Shown: positions 25,344 to 38,804 of the stretch, one piece after another
Numbering within the stretch: position 1 is the stretch's first letter
Layout of the letters: each line of letters starts with the position of its first letter
NCBI RefSeq assembly: GCF_009914755.1
Contig: NC_060935.1
Reading direction: 5' to 3' (one strand)
Source of the DNA: the human T2T-CHM13v2.0 reference genome, Homo sapiens
Length of the DNA stretch: 64,000 nt
Position numbers and translations under genes: made by a program
The notes under the pieces: model-generated
Databases searched by the model: none
What the model was told of the DNA's origin: nothing
What the model saw: only the letters and a program-made list of their open reading frames with translations

Positions 25344-25652
25344 CTGCAAATACACAGGCCAGGACTCAGGCCCACCTCATCCAGCACGGGCCCACCCCCA
25401 ACCCGCACCATCAACCGCCATCCTCTGCCCCCTCCGCACTGCCTTGGCGCTTGTCCTTATTCTGGTCCCCTAAGAGGTGGTGGAAAAGTCTTGGGCTGGG
25501 GCCTCAAGAGACTGGAGTCGGCCCTTGTGCAGCCTCCGTTTGCTGTGTGACTCTGCGGAGGTCCTCCCCTTCTCTGGGTCTATTTCCCTGTCTCCCCAGT
25601 GGGGGATTGTACCTTATAGCAACCACAGTCTGATTTGCCCAGGAGTACTCAC

Positions 25653-25788
25653 CCATGGGTGTCAGGAGGGGGCACTGCCAGGCACACAATCTCGCTGGCC
25701 CGAATCTCTCCATTGGGGGTCACTGCCCGCTCATTCTCAAAGTAGCTCAGGACCCCGTCACCAAGGACACACCAGCGCCGGCTGAACT
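25653..25788 (-). CDS. ARAP1: ARAP1 exon 17 (PH3: FSRRWCVLGDG...PPPDTH)
   Basis: AG/GT, 136 nt. Confidence 0.94.
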
Positions 25789-26956
25789 CTGGGGAGAATT
25801 TGGGCAGGGGAGCCATCAGGGAGCCCCCCACCACCTGAAAACCACCTCTGCATCCTCCCGGGGCTCCTGCTCCCATCTGACCCATGAGCTCTTCATTCTC
25901 TCAAGTTTTCCCTAAATCCATCCACCTCTCTGCATCCCCACCACGCTAGCCAGCCCACAAGTCATCCGCTCCCCCAGGCCTCTGCAGCAGCCCCTTCCAA
26001 AATCCCAGAGTGATCTAGCTAAAATCAGACCCCATCCTTCCTCTAACCAAAACCATTCCATGGTCCTCAGGACAGACTCTGTGCCCCTCAGCCTGCCATT
26101 CAAGGCCCTGCCAGGTCTACCCCTGCCCGTCTCTCCAGCTGCCTCTCTGTCACTCCTGGACACACACATCCCTACCCAGCACTCCCAGCTTTTGCAAACC
26201 TTGTCCCCTCTACCCACCACCTGAATGTCACAGGAAGCCTTCTATGCCCCAACCTCCTTTTCCAGAAGCATCTATCACTCTGTACTCTGCCTCCTGCTAC
26301 AATGGCTCTGAAGGACTGGCAAGGTCCCATAAAAGAAACAGAAATGGGAATCTGGACCAGGAAAGGTAATGGAAAGGATAGGCTGTCATGGCCATGCAGG
26401 CTTGTACCGTTCACAGCACTGAGCTTTACAGTGGCTCAGAGCTTCCTGGCATCCAGGGCAAAAAGGATGACTCAGGCAGTTGTTACATAAATGACATTGT
26501 CAGGCAGAGGGAGGCAGACCTGGGGCAATGAGGTTGTGAACAGCATGGAGTTCCAAAGAAATCTCTTTGGGAGTTGGAGGGCTTTGTCCCCGTAGGAAAG
26601 CATGCAGGAGGTGCTGAGGGATGTTGTCAGCAATGACCTCACAATGTTCCCACAGCAGACTCTGTCTCTCATCCTGTCTGTGAGGGCCTGACATGTGCTC
26701 TTTGAGAGCAATGTGTCCTCAGGCCTGTCCCCGCAGGTGGGCTCCCTCCAGGAGCACCAGCTCTGCCTGAGTCATCCTTCATTCTGCAGGTATTTGCCAA
26801 GTGCCCACTGTGTGCTAGCCACTGTTCTAGGATCTGGGGGCTACAGGCAGTGGTGGCCAAAAGGAGTTTATGTCCCAGTGGGGTACAGAGAATCTATAGA
26901 TAAGTACATTAATGGACAAATGAGTACCAGGTAAGTGGTGTGAAGAAAATGCAGGG

Positions 26957-27576
<620 letters not shown>

Positions 27577-27884
27577 TCAAACTCCCTACCAGCCACAGGC
27601 TCTTACTACCAGATGCTCAGCAGAGCCCATATCCAGTAGGGGCTCAATAAAGGCTCATTTAGTCCAAAGAAACTCTGGCACTGACCTGCTCTGCAGTGTC
27701 ATGCACTACCCCCACTCCCACCAGGATCATTTAGGAAGTACCTACTGTGTACCACAGACTATATCCAGGAAGCCCTCTAGGGTGACTCTGCCAGAGTCCA
27801 CCAGTCTGGCCAGCCCTGGCTTCCCTAGCCCTGCAGCCGTGACCAGATGCCATGGGCTAAAGCAGAGTCTGGGGTGGCACCCAC

Positions 27885-28019
27885 CTTCCCGGGCCCGGCG
27901 GTCCTGTAGCAGCTTGCCGGCAGAGGCAGTCTTGTAGAGGAAGCCACTGTGGCTCACGGTCGGCAGGACAACTGAGTAGTGCTTTTCCAGGGGCTTCATC
28001 GAGTCCAGCCGAGGCACCT
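27885..28019 (-). CDS. ARAP1: ARAP1 exon 16 (VPRLDSMKP...QDRRARE)
   Basis: AAG acceptor, GT donor, 135 nt. Confidence 0.92.
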
Positions 28020-29140
28020 CTTTGTAGGCGGGGAAAGGATGGCAGGTCATGCTGGCCACCCAAGAGGGTGTCCCCACCTCACTCCCACCTGGCCTGGGCA
28101 TTCAGGCTCACTTTCGAATCATCAGCCCCAGCTCCCTAACTGGCAGCCTCAAGCTCCCCCTCCTACCTGCAGGGTCTTGTCCAGGCTGTTTCTCCACCTC
28201 TCCCCACTTGTGGAAATTCACTCCACTCCCAAGGCCCAGTTCCAGCACCTCCCCTTCCAGGAAGCCTCCCTGATTCCTGCCCCACCCCACTCTCCAGGTT
28301 GGAGGCATAGGCCAGGCACACTGGCATGAGGGGGGCATTGGGCAAACTCAATAATAATCCCTGGAAAGAGGATTGTCCCAGACAGCGGGAAGCTCAAGGT
28401 GGCAGCCTGACTACAGCCCTGTTCCCCACGGTCAGCGCCGTGGGGGGGCGGTGATCTGTCCCCAAGCCCAAGCCAGTTGGGTGGTCTCCTGTGTCTCCCT
28501 GGACACCTGGGCTCTCTCCAGCCCAGTGTGCCCCGCCCACCCATGGCCCTGAGCCCAGAGCCCCAGCCATTGAGCTCCACCCTCAGTCCTGGGATGTGGC
28601 CCCAGAGTCCAGGCCTGGGCCACGAGCTGTGCTGCTCAGCCCACTGACCCCTCCTCACCCACCCCAAGAGGGAGCCAATGGTACCCAAACCAAGTTCAGG
28701 ATTGAGCTCCACCCAAGCAGGGCAGTAGACAGGGCTGCCTAGGTGGGTGACCCACCCATGGAGAAATGTAACTCAGCACCCCTCACGCAGCAACACAGAC
28801 ACACTCTGCACACGCATGTACTCCAAAGCTCTCAGCATCCCCAGAAACACAAATCCGGGGGGCTCAGAGGCGCATAAACACCAGCACAGCTGCCAGCCAT
28901 CCTGAGGGGCCCACACTGCAAGTCAGGGAAGTCATCAACAGTCACAGAGACACAGACACAGAGGAACATGCATACGTAGTACAAATACACACTGACATGC
29001 AAACCCAAGCACACCCCAGCTCACACATGATTTATCACAGGCCCTTGAGGAGCTGCGATCACGGCCTGAGAGCAGCAGGTAAATCAAACCCCACCAGGCA
29101 CTGCACAGCCTGGTGGACCCCCACCCTCTGCCACGCTCAC

Positions 29141-29315
29141 CTGTGGTCCGGTTGTTCCGAAGGAATTCCATCTGCAGCGTCTGCCCCGCCTGCTCTGCAA
29201 GAGCCAGGGGCGTGGGGGCCTCAGGGTCCCCCGAGAAGCAGTTGATCCCAGCCCCACAGCCCAGGAGCGCCTGGGTCTCAGCCAGGTCTGTGGTGGTGAC
29301 TGCAGCACACAGGGC
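29141..29315 (-). CDS. ARAP1: ARAP1 exon 15 (ankyrin-like: ALCAAVTTTD...RNNRTT)
   Basis: TAG/GTGAG, 175 nt. Confidence 0.94.
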
Positions 29316-30386
29316 CTAGGAAGAGGCAGGGGAGGGTCAGCCCAAGAAGGAGTAGGGGGCCCACAAGGAAAGGGGCTACGGGGGAGGAGAGGAAAGAAAA
29401 GGAAGGAGTCACCCAGGCCTGGAGCAGTCCATCCTCAGACTGAAAGAGAGAATAGGAAGGAAGAAAGAGAGAAGGAGAGGGAAGAGAGAGGCCAAGGGGA
29501 GGAGGGGTGAGCAGGGGCTGCCTAGCAGAGGCCAGGGGATCCCAGCTGCCCGGGGCCTCACCCCTGCTGGCTGCCTGGACACAGCTGCCCAGTCAGCCAG
29601 AGCCTCCAGAGGATCTCAAGCTCCTTCTGCCTTGTGGAGGAGCCGGGGGGGGGTGTGCTTTGTAGCTAATTCCTCCCACATTTGAATTCCTCACCGCCTG
29701 CCCAGCCCTCCCAACCAATGGGAGTTGCCGCCCTCCTGGCTTGCAGGCTAGACTGGGTTGGGCTGGGAGCAGGACGCCTGGGTCCCTGGGAGGTGGAGGC
29801 CTGACTCCCACCGGGCTTCTAGCTGGACTGAGTCTGCCTGGGAGGGGCGGTTTGGGGGAGGGGCTGAAGGCCAACCAGAGGTCACAAATGGCATACCCCT
29901 GCCTCGGAGCTGGCTGCCTCCCACTCAGGCAGAGCCAGATCAGGGCCTAAGACTTGGCTCCCAGCCTGTCAGGGCCTGGGGCCCATGCGGGGCCTCATCT
30001 TGAGTGGGGTGTGGATGGGGATGGGTCAGAGCAGCCCAGCTGTTTTTCATGAGCCTGACAGGAAATAGCATCCCCATCAAGTTCACTCTTTTTGGCAGGA
30101 TTCAGAAGCAACCGGACGGGGTGCAGGAGACTGAGGAATTGGGAGAGAGACAGACAGATGCTGGGGATGTGCCCTTGGCCCAAGGGTCAGGCCTGGCTCC
30201 TCCCTGCATGGCCAGAACTTTTCACATGGCTTAGGCAGGGCCCTTCTGCCCTCCAAACATCAGTTTCCCCATATGCCAAGACATCTCCCTGAGCTGGTAG
30301 ATGAGATGGGTTAAGACAGCATGAGGAACAGGGCAGCAGAAAGACGGGGGTGGTCCCAAGGGGCCCCAGAGCTGCAGTGCCCTGAC

Positions 30387-30569
30387 CTTGTCCAGCTCCT
30401 CCTGGTTGCCAAAGAGCGGGTGGTAGCGGCGGTACTTGCCCTCACGGTACTTGGCCTCCAGGTGGCACCGCCGGGTGCTGGGGCTGCTGCTGGGCTGCAG
30501 GGCCTCACTGGGGGGCACGTTGGCTGCCCAGAAGCGGTTCCCAGCGCCATTCCCCAGCTGTAAGAAGAG
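30387..30569 (-). CDS. ARAP1: ARAP1 exon 14 (ArfGAP C-terminal part: LFLQLGNGAGNRFW...EELDK)
   Basis: AG/GT, 183 nt, phase 0-0. Confidence 0.94.
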
Positions 30570-31707
30570 CTGTGGGGGTGTGCAGGAGGTCAGACGGGCC
30601 AGCTGACAGCCAGGGGCCGTGCCGGGCAGAAACTTGGTTTCTGAGGTTGTTAGGAAAGGGGCTGGGAGAGCCAGGCCATCTGCCCACTTTCCCAATGGGG
30701 AAGGTGAGGACAGCCTGGCCTGCTGGTGGCTGGGGATGCTCCTGCCACCAGCACTGGGCTCTGAGCCTAGGTCTCAGGCTCAGTGACAGGACAGGGAGTC
30801 AGCAGACTGACAGGTGGATGCCTCAGGCCTTGCACCTGGTCCCAGGGGCCTTGCTGCTGCCCCACCCAGTTCCACATCTGGAGCTCTGCATTCCTGAGGC
30901 TGTGACAGCTGGGGATGGGTGCCTAACCTGTCAGCCAATGGGGTGGGCAGGGATTTTGGAAACCTCTCCTATCCCTGACATTCCTCTCTGGGCAAGAGGG
31001 ATGGGGGTGGATTCTGGGTGAGTGCAGGGATCCAGCATTTGGTAATCAGTTCCTTCATTCGGCTCCTCATTCCACAGCCATTTCCTAGGCCCCCCACCTT
31101 GCCTCCTTGTCAGGTCCTGTATGGGGTGCTGGAGTCACAGCACAGAACAAAGCAGAAAAGTCCTTGCCACTACTGATTCACTCTGTGTCTTCCAGCAAGT
31201 TATTTTCTCTCCCTGGGCTTCAAGGCTGTAAACTGGTTATTCTAATCCTAACTCCTGGCTTGTTCTGAAAGTCAGTTAATTAACATATGCAAAGTCCTTA
31301 GCACTTATGTGCCAAACACACCGTGGGGAGGTGAGAAACGGATGTGACACTCCAAGTGTCTGGAGTCTGCAGCCTGGGTCTACCCTCCCATTGCAGGTTC
31401 TCCCCTATATCTACCACATATGGGTACCTGGGAGTTTCCAGTACAGGGGCATAAATGTACACGTGTGTGCACACACAGCACACATATATATACCCACTGG
31501 TACATGTGAGTTCACATGAAATGGAGGCTGAGGGCCTCTGAGGGGCTGTGCAAGGTAGGGGAGAAGGCCCTGGGTCAGCCAGAAGTGGGATGGAAAGAGG
31601 CAGGGATGGTGGTCAATATGCATTTACAGGGTAATCTCAGGCAGATTACAGCCCTGCCCAGGACCTCAGTTTACACATCTATTCAATGGATGACAGTGAA
31701 ATTAGAT

Positions 31708-31872
31708 CAGAAGTTAGCAAATTCTTTCTCTAAAGGGCGAAATAGTAATTATTTTCGGCTTTACAGAACACATACAGTCTCTGCTGCATTTTCTTCCTTT
31801 TTTTTTCTTTAAAAAAAAATAACACTTTACAACTATAAAAACATTCTTAGCTCACTGGCCAGTTTGCTGACT
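31708..31872. mobile_element. MER58-like DNA transposon relic
   Basis: Inverted-end-like TTAGCAAA...TTTGCTGA flanking a MER58-like core. Confidence 0.5.
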
Positions 31873-32039
31873 TTGCCAAAAATTGCTTTTCCGAAATCCC
31901 CACCCACTAGATTATCACAAACTGTCTCTTCCAGCTCCAAGGTGCTGTGGTCACTGAGATAGGGAGGGGGCTGGGAGACCCAGACAGCTGTTGAATGGGG
32001 CAGACCCCAAGTATCGGTGGCAAGCAGGGGCATCCCCAC

Positions 32040-32125
32040 CTCGATAAGTGTTTCTGTCCACACCTTCCTGTCCATCTTCAGGCTCCGCACCTTGGAGACG
32101 CCAGCGCCCAGGCCACGGTGCTCCC
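32040..32125 (-). CDS. ARAP1: ARAP1 exon 13 (ArfGAP catalytic Arg: EHRGLGAGVSKVRSLKMD)
   Basis: AG/GT, 86 nt. Confidence 0.95.
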
Positions 32126-33409
32126 CTGTAGACACAGGGCCAGACCCAGAATCACCTGGGCCCCCCCTTCACGGGAGCACTTACCCACCCCCAGTGTCTA
32201 CTGGGACAGGCAGGGATGAGAGGCCACAGGCAGGCCCCAGGGGGTAGGCCTGCTGGCAGCTCTGGAATCCAGCCGTGTACTCTTGCTCCCCACAGGGCAG
32301 GACTGAGCCCCGTAATCCTTGCCTGGGCTCCTGCACCAGCCCTCTGCAACTGGCCCCCTGGAACCATGCTTGGCCTCTTGCAGGCCACTCTTAACAAAGC
32401 CCTGCCAGAGGTGATCTCTTTAAAATGTAAATCCCTGACTTCTAATCCCTGCTTTCACCCTCCAGTGGCTCCCAGAATTAGATCACAACTCCTTACCTGC
32501 TTCCCCTCCTTCATCTTTCTACCCAGACTGTCATCACCCATGTCCTCATGGCCACTCCTTCCTGCCATTCAGATCTCAGCTGGCATGTCACCTCCTCAGA
32601 GAGGGCCTCCCCAGCACACTTCCCTAGACTTGCTCCTCCACCTGGATCCCCACCTCCAGCAGCCCACAGCCACCACCTGGGCTACGTCAGCTCCCAAGAG
32701 GACAGAATCCCCAGCATCTGGCACACAGTGGCCAGAATGAGTGGCCTCGATTGAGCAGATGAATGAACCTTGGGCTCAACCCTCTCGCATTTCATCTTCC
32801 TCATCCAGTCAGTCAGAGAGTTTTCCACCATAGATCCTGAACAGCCCTCAAATGCTCACGGCTTCCCCAGGCCAGGCTTCCTCCTCCTCCCTCTCCTGGA
32901 TCCTATGGCAGCCTCCTCACTGGTCTCCAGTCTTGCCCCTCTAACTCAGCTTTCACCCACCAGCCAGAGTCTGACCCACAAATCTGACCATGTCCCCGCC
33001 TCCCATCGCCCTCCAGACAAAAACCAGCTCCTCCCTCTGCATGCAAAGCCCTGCCTGGCCCCTGCCAACTCCTCTTGCCTGGCCTTCCCTATTCTTCTGA
33101 CATGAGAGGAACACCAGACCCCAACAAGCCTGGGCTCAAATCTGGGCTCACTTACTTGCCAGGTGACCCTGAACAAGCCATTTCCTCTCCCTGTGCCTCC
33201 GTGTCCCCACCCGTGATGGGAGAAGTTGAACCCCTGCCTGGCAATGTAAGGACTCAAAGCTAATCACAGGTGTGCAGGAGAAGCCTCATCAACAGCAGCT
33301 CTCTGAGTGCTGTCTCCGCTCCAGGCCCTCCTCCAGATAGGATACCTGCCATCCCAACTGGCCAACCCCGCCATGCCTCTGCCTGGTGCCCCGACCCCCA
33401 TGCACACAC

Positions 33410-33609
33410 CTGCACAGCGCTTGCAGATAACAACACAGAGGTTGATGGAGGCCCAGTCAGGCTGAGGAGCCCCGCAGTCAGCACAGAACCTGTTGGGGGC
33501 TGCAGCCCAGATGCGCTCGGCCACCTCCGAGGTAGACAGGGCCTCAGCGATGGCTCCCTGCATGGCCTCCAACCACTGCTCCTTCTCTAGCTCTGAGTCA
33601 GCAGAGAAG
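33410..33609 (-). CDS. ARAP1: ARAP1 exon 12 (PH2 end; ArfGAP zinc finger CADC-x16-CKRC)
   Basis: AG/GT, 200 nt; CX2CX16CX2C motif. Confidence 0.96.
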
Positions 33610-34348
33610 CTGGGGACATAGGGGTGGGGAGATTAGTGGGGATGGACTCAGAGGGATTTGGGGGCAGCATGAGGATGCACAGAATGAAGTGGGGGACAAG
33701 GTGTTGGGAGCGCTTAGGCAAAAGAGTGAGGCATCCCACTCTGGTAGGGAAGGTAGGTGTGGACAAAGGCAAGGACAACAGGAACACAAGAGCGTATGGG
33801 GGCAGGGGAGCCCAGTGGGGGGCTCTGCCCAGCCCGCAGAATGAAGGCTGCTGGGAAGAAAATGATGCCTGAGCTAAGATTCGACAGATCAGAAGGGCTG
33901 AGCCAGGTGAAGAGGTGAAAGGACAGTCTAGACAGAGGGAACAGCATGTGCAAAGGGGCAGGATTGCACAGGGGGCATTCCAGGAGACAGAAGGGCAGAC
34001 TGGCAGAGAAAAGGGTGGGAGATGGACAGGGACAGGCCTGCATCAGGAAGAGGAAGTCAAAGTGTACCCTGAGGACAATGGAGAACCCACAGAGGGTTTA
34101 AGTAGGAAGGAGGGGAGGGTACAGAGATGTCTTTAAAAGACTCCTCCGCCATCCCTATCCTCATTCCTGTCCCAGCCCCAAATGTGACATGCTCCATAAC
34201 CCCACTCCACAAAGAACTCCACTGGCCCAACATACCGAGACACCTGTGGCCGCTATAGCATGCCCTGCTCTTCAGGGTGGGAGGCCCTGGTTGAACAATA
34301 AATGATGACTGTCCCTGAAAAAATTTAGTTTTAAAAAGACCCCTCTGG

Positions 34349-34824
34349 CTCTTTCCCTGCCACCACCGAGTCACACATGTGACCATGAGTCTACTCCACC
34401 CATGACCCATTGCCACAACCAAGGAAGGCATCGCTGCTGGAGGTGTGATGGCCATTAATGCCACTTTATGGAGGTGCTGGAGACCTCCTCCTCCACAACC
34501 TAGCACGTGGAATTCGCAAAACTGCCAAAGGTGGAGCCAAGCACCAAGCTCACCTTCCTGTGCTTGCACCCAAATGCAACGAGCCACTCATGCCAGCTGG
34601 GGGAGGCCCTTTGTGTAGAACACTAAGTCTACCTCTTTAGGGTTGATGACAACAAGAAACCCAGGAACGGACAGGCCTCTCAGACTGACAATCAGAGAAC
34701 GCCCGTCAGGCGGGGCTGCAGCTGTGTGGTAGTTAAGGACTATGGCAAAGAATCTCAGGGCAAGGATGTCATCAAAGAGAACTTCAAATGCAAGAAATGA
34801 GCAAATAAAAACTTAGCTCTCAAA
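34349..34824 (+). pseudogene. Processed RPS12 pseudogene (probably RPS12P20), antisense in ARAP1 intron 11
   Basis: TOP-like 5' end CTCTTTCCC; degenerate [34 protein letters not shown] and FKCKK*; ATG mutated to ACA at 34415; frameshifts; AATAAA at 34804; no introns. Confidence 0.92.
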
Positions 34825-34990
34825 TATAAGGCCCCCGCAGAAGTCAAAGCAGTTGGAGTAAAGAGGCTGGACAGGCACGGGCGGCCCAAGAGTGAGGAGG
34901 CAGGCGCTGGGGCCAAAGGCCCACCAGGCCTGGGCTAGAAGGGTGACAGCAGAGGGATGGGGCCAGATGGGGTAAAAAGGAATGGCACAG

Positions 34991-35298
34991 GCCAGGTGTG
35001 GTGGCTCACCCCTGTAATCCCGGCACTTTGGGAGGCCGAGGTGGGTGGATCACCTGAGGTCAGGAGTTCGAGACCAGCCTGACCAACACGGCAAAACCCT
35101 GTCTCTACTAAATATACAAAAATTAGCCGGGCGTGGTAGCGTGCACCTGTAATCCCAGCTACTTGGGGAGGCTGAAGCAGGAGAATCACTTGAACCTGGA
35201 GGCAGAGGTTGCAGTGAGCCGAGATCGTGCCACTGCACACCAGCCTGGGAGACAGAGCCTAAGACTCTGTCTCAAAAAGCAAAAAAAAAAAAAAAAAA
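34991..35298 (+). mobile_element. AluSx-like element
   Basis: Full-length Alu with A tail. Confidence 0.9.
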
Positions 35299-36104
35299 AG
35301 GAAAGGCACGAGTCCTTCCTTCTTGGTTGGAGAGACAGGCCTCTGGGAAGAACAGGGAGCTGAAAAGGGGAGATGCCCACAGCTGTCAGATATGCAGGCC
35401 AGAGCTCAGCAGAAAGATCCCGCTGGAGACAGACACCTGGACTAAGAGCAGAGAAGTGGAAGGGTTGGGAGTGATGCTAGTGTTTATTGAGCAGTTACTA
35501 CCCAGTATTACAAACACTTCCCCAGGAAACTGAGGCACACAGAGGCCAAGTGATTTCCCAGGTCACACAGCTAGTCAGTGGTGGACCCAGGATTCGAACC
35601 CAGGCATAGTTCAGTACCTCAGAGGTAGCGGCTGAAGGCCTGGGAGTGGGCAAGGCTGCCCAGGGAGAGGGCAGAGGACAGAGAAAGACACCAATGAACA
35701 GCTGAGGTCAGAGGAAACCAAGATGGCAGAGGCTTGGTGGCCCAGAGACAAGGACTGAGGAGCAGCCTCATGAGAGACAAGAGCACTCTCCAGGGGTGGC
35801 GTAGGCGCAGGGATAGTGGGGCAGGGGCAGTGGGAGCAGGAGGCCAGATGGGCAACCCCTGAGCAGCATGGCGGGCAGGGGAGGACAGCAGTTGCCAAGC
35901 AGCACAGGGGAGAGTAAGACCTCTCAGGAGGGAAGGAGATCAGAGAGGGTTAGCAAGTGACGGGAGAGGGGCTCCACAGGTGGGGCAGGGCGGGGCAGGG
36001 TGAGGGAACCCATCCCATAGGAAGGGGCAGCTTCCCACGTCGCGCAAAAGGAAAACATTAGGAAGGAGTGAGGATGCCGGTGAGCCAAGAAGATGGAGGG
36101 TCAC

Positions 36105-36211
36105 CTGAAGATGCGGTAGGGCGTGGTGAGGTCGAAGCTGCGCCGGTCCACTTCCTTCACGTTGCCCACGCTCATGTCGATGAAGGTGATGCCAATGCCC
36201 AGGTGGTACTC
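36105..36211 (-). CDS. ARAP1: ARAP1 exon 11 (PH2: EYHLGIGITF...TPYRIF)
   Basis: AG/GT, 107 nt. Confidence 0.94.
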
Positions 36212-36619
36212 CTGGAGGGCAGATGGGACGGGATGAGGGCAAGGCTTTGGGGGCAGGGCGTGAGGCTTGGGACAGGGAGAGGAAGGGAAGGTGGTGCAAC
36301 TCAGGGACTGGGGGGGGTGCCCAGGAGGGAGACAGCAGGGGACATGGGAGGCTGGGCAGGGTAAGGGGCTGCAGGTTCAGGGCCCACACAGCAATGAACA
36401 GAGGTGCGGGGGAGCAAGGGCCAGGGCAGGGACTGGAGGGCAGTGCTCAGAGCCTGGGGGAAGTGGTCAGAACTTGGGGGAGCGAGGACATATCCAGGCA
36501 AAGGGCTGGGCCCAGTGCAGGAAAAGAGGGAACAGAAAAGGCAGGGCTAAGGCCCTAGGTCAGCCTGGGGCAGGGTAGGTGGACATGGGCAGGGGAGAGG
36601 TTCCATGACCCCTTAGCAC

Positions 36620-36822
36620 CTCTAGATTCTTGTAGAGCTGCACTTTGTCCCCGACCACGGCCACGTACAGCTTATTCTTGAAGCCACGAAGCTCCAGGCT
36701 GCCAGCGCGGTCAGGCTGCTCTGAGCCTGGAACTCCCAGCAGATAAGCGCTAGAGAGCCGGGCCTGGGCACGCTGCTCAGCCATGGCCTGCTGCAGGGCC
36801 TGCATCCACTCCTTCCGCTCCA
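36620..36822 (-). CDS. ARAP1: ARAP1 exon 10 (PH1 end / PH2 start)
   Basis: AG/GT, 203 nt. Confidence 0.94.
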
Positions 36823-37255
36823 CTGCAGGAGAAGGGTAGAGGAGTAAGCCCAAGGTTGCAGGGAGCCCCTCAGGGGTCTCCTGGCCCTAGGCTCCTCGTG
36901 CAACACCTCCTCCAGAAAGCCCACTCAGATGCCCCCATCATTTTGCTTGACTTCTCTGACTTGAACGAGCTCAGGCTCCAATCCCAGCTATGCCACTGAT
37001 GCTGGGCAAGTGACCTCACCCCTCCAAGCCTGCTCCCGCTGATTGTGTGGTTCTGAGGAGTCAGTGACCGTGCCAAGCACAGAGCCGGTCACAGAGGGTG
37101 CCCCCTTCCTCTGCCCACCTCACAAAGGCAGCATGCCTCCCCGGATGTGATGTGAGAGGGCAGATGCACCATGACTCTCTTCCCCCTCCTCTGCCCAAAC
37201 TTCCAGTCTTCTCTACCCTCTTCTACACACACACACAACACCCCACACTCCCCAC

Positions 37256-37376
37256 CATCACTCTCTGCCCGGAAGGCAAAGGTTCGGTTGTTTGTGATCA
37301 CTTCAAACTTCTGGTCCCCGATGGCAGCCACGTGGGAGATGCAGGCCACAGAGATAAAGCGCTTAGAGTAAGCGTC
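37256..37376 (-). CDS. ARAP1: ARAP1 exon 9 (PH1: DAYSKRFI...FRAESD)
   Basis: AG/GT, 121 nt. Confidence 0.94.
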
Positions 37377-37664
37377 CTGGGGGAGAGACAGGAACTATAT
37401 TTTGGGACCCAGCACCTCGCTGACTCCCCCAGCCTCAGCCAAAATGAAGTCTGCAGCCCTGTCTCCTGCAGCTGGTTAGAGACAAGACCCTGTGCTGACC
37501 CTGACTGCAGCCCTCAGCAGGCAGAGGGCCAGGAGGACATGGGTTAAGGGGTCAGACTTAGAACTCTGGCGAGGACTCCTCTGGGGAGGGACGCCACCTC
37601 GCTCCAGTGTTGGGGCCAGCCTAGGCTGGAGCAGGGGTCGCGTCAGGACTGATGCAGGCCTCAC

Positions 37665-37734
37665 CTTGTTACTGTCAAAGTATCGCAGGTGATCAGTATC
37701 CAGTCTCACCCATCGTTTCTGATAGATGTAAGAT
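37665..37734 (-). CDS. ARAP1: ARAP1 exon 8 (PH1: SYIYQKRWVRL...DSNK)
   Basis: AG/GT, 70 nt. Confidence 0.94.
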
Positions 37735-37928
37735 CTGGAGAGGGAGAGGGACAACAAGCAAATGACCGGGGGTAGGAGGACAGGTTCCAGGACCACCCCA
37801 GCCCTCAGAAGCCACACTCAGAGTGAGGATCAGCCAGGTTCTAGGGAGGAAGAATCCCAAATGGCCACTGGCAAGAAGATGGACTTTACAGCAAGAGTGA
37901 CTGAAGTCAGACTCAAAGTAGCACATCT

Positions 37929-38229
37929 CTTTTTTTTTTTTTTTTTTTTGAGACAGGGTCTCACTCTGCCACACAGGCTGGAAGGCAGTAGTACAGGCCT
38001 AGCTCACTACAGCCTCAGATGCCTGGGCTCAAGTGCTTCTCCCACCTCAGTCTCCCAAGTAGCCAGAACTACAGGCATGAGCCACTGCACCTGGCTAGTT
38101 TTTAAATTTATTTGTAGAGACGAGGTCTCGCCATGTTGCCCAGAGTGGTCTCAAACTCCTGGCCTCAAGCAAACCTCCCATCTCAGTATCTCAAGTGCAG
38201 AGATTACAGGAGTGAGCCACTATGCCCAG
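37929..38229 (-). mobile_element. AluJ
   Basis: Poly-T plus diverged Alu body. Confidence 0.88.
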
Positions 38230-38431
38230 CGATCTCCCAATTTTCAGGGCAATAAAATGGGTCTGGAGGGAATCATCAGTGGTCACAGTGTGCCTGGAGG
38301 GAGACCTGTGCAAATCATCGCAGGCCCTTCTGGTTTTCAGATCAGTGAGTGATACCAGTGTCCTGGGGTCCTGGACACTGCCCCCCACCCCCCCATGCAG
38401 AGCACAGCAGGACCCAAGAGGCCTCACTCAC

Positions 38432-38575
38432 CCCTGCGGTGGGTTCTTGTCCAGCCAGCCAGCCTTGATGACTGGTGTGACGGGGGTGGAGCCCCCAGGC
38501 GGCCCGTCCATGGGGTGTGGCGCAGCTATTGTGCTGGGCAAGGACAAGCTCAGGCTGCTGGTATGCCATCCGCCA
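38432..38575 (-). CDS. ARAP1: ARAP1 exon 7 (...PVIKAGWLDKNPPQG, PH1 start)
   Basis: TAG/GTGAG, 144 nt. Confidence 0.93.
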
Positions 38576-38673
38576 CTAGCGAGAGATGAGGGGATGGGGG
38601 GCCGGGCTGAGGAGGCAAGGAGGGGGCGGGCTGAGGTTGGGCTCAGTGGGAAGGAGGGTGGCCGGACACTCAC

Positions 38674-38804
38674 TTGGGGACGCCCTCATAGGCGTGGTCA
38701 TCCTCTTCCTCATCCCCTTGGTCGTCCCCAGACAGTTCCTCTCCCTCGCTCAGCAGACTGGCCACGCGCACGGCCCGTGGGACTCGGCTCGGTGGGGGCT
38801 CCTC
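38674..38804 (-). CDS. ARAP1: ARAP1 exon 6 (EEPPPSRV...HAYEGVP)
   Basis: CAG/GTGAG, 131 nt; weak pyrimidine tract. Confidence 0.88.

Noticed and set aside
31833-32039. Read-through of exon 13 into intron 13 as an alternative last exon
   Set aside because: It ends in a transposon relic, I found no convincing poly(A) signal, and a nearby A-run could cause internal priming artefacts.
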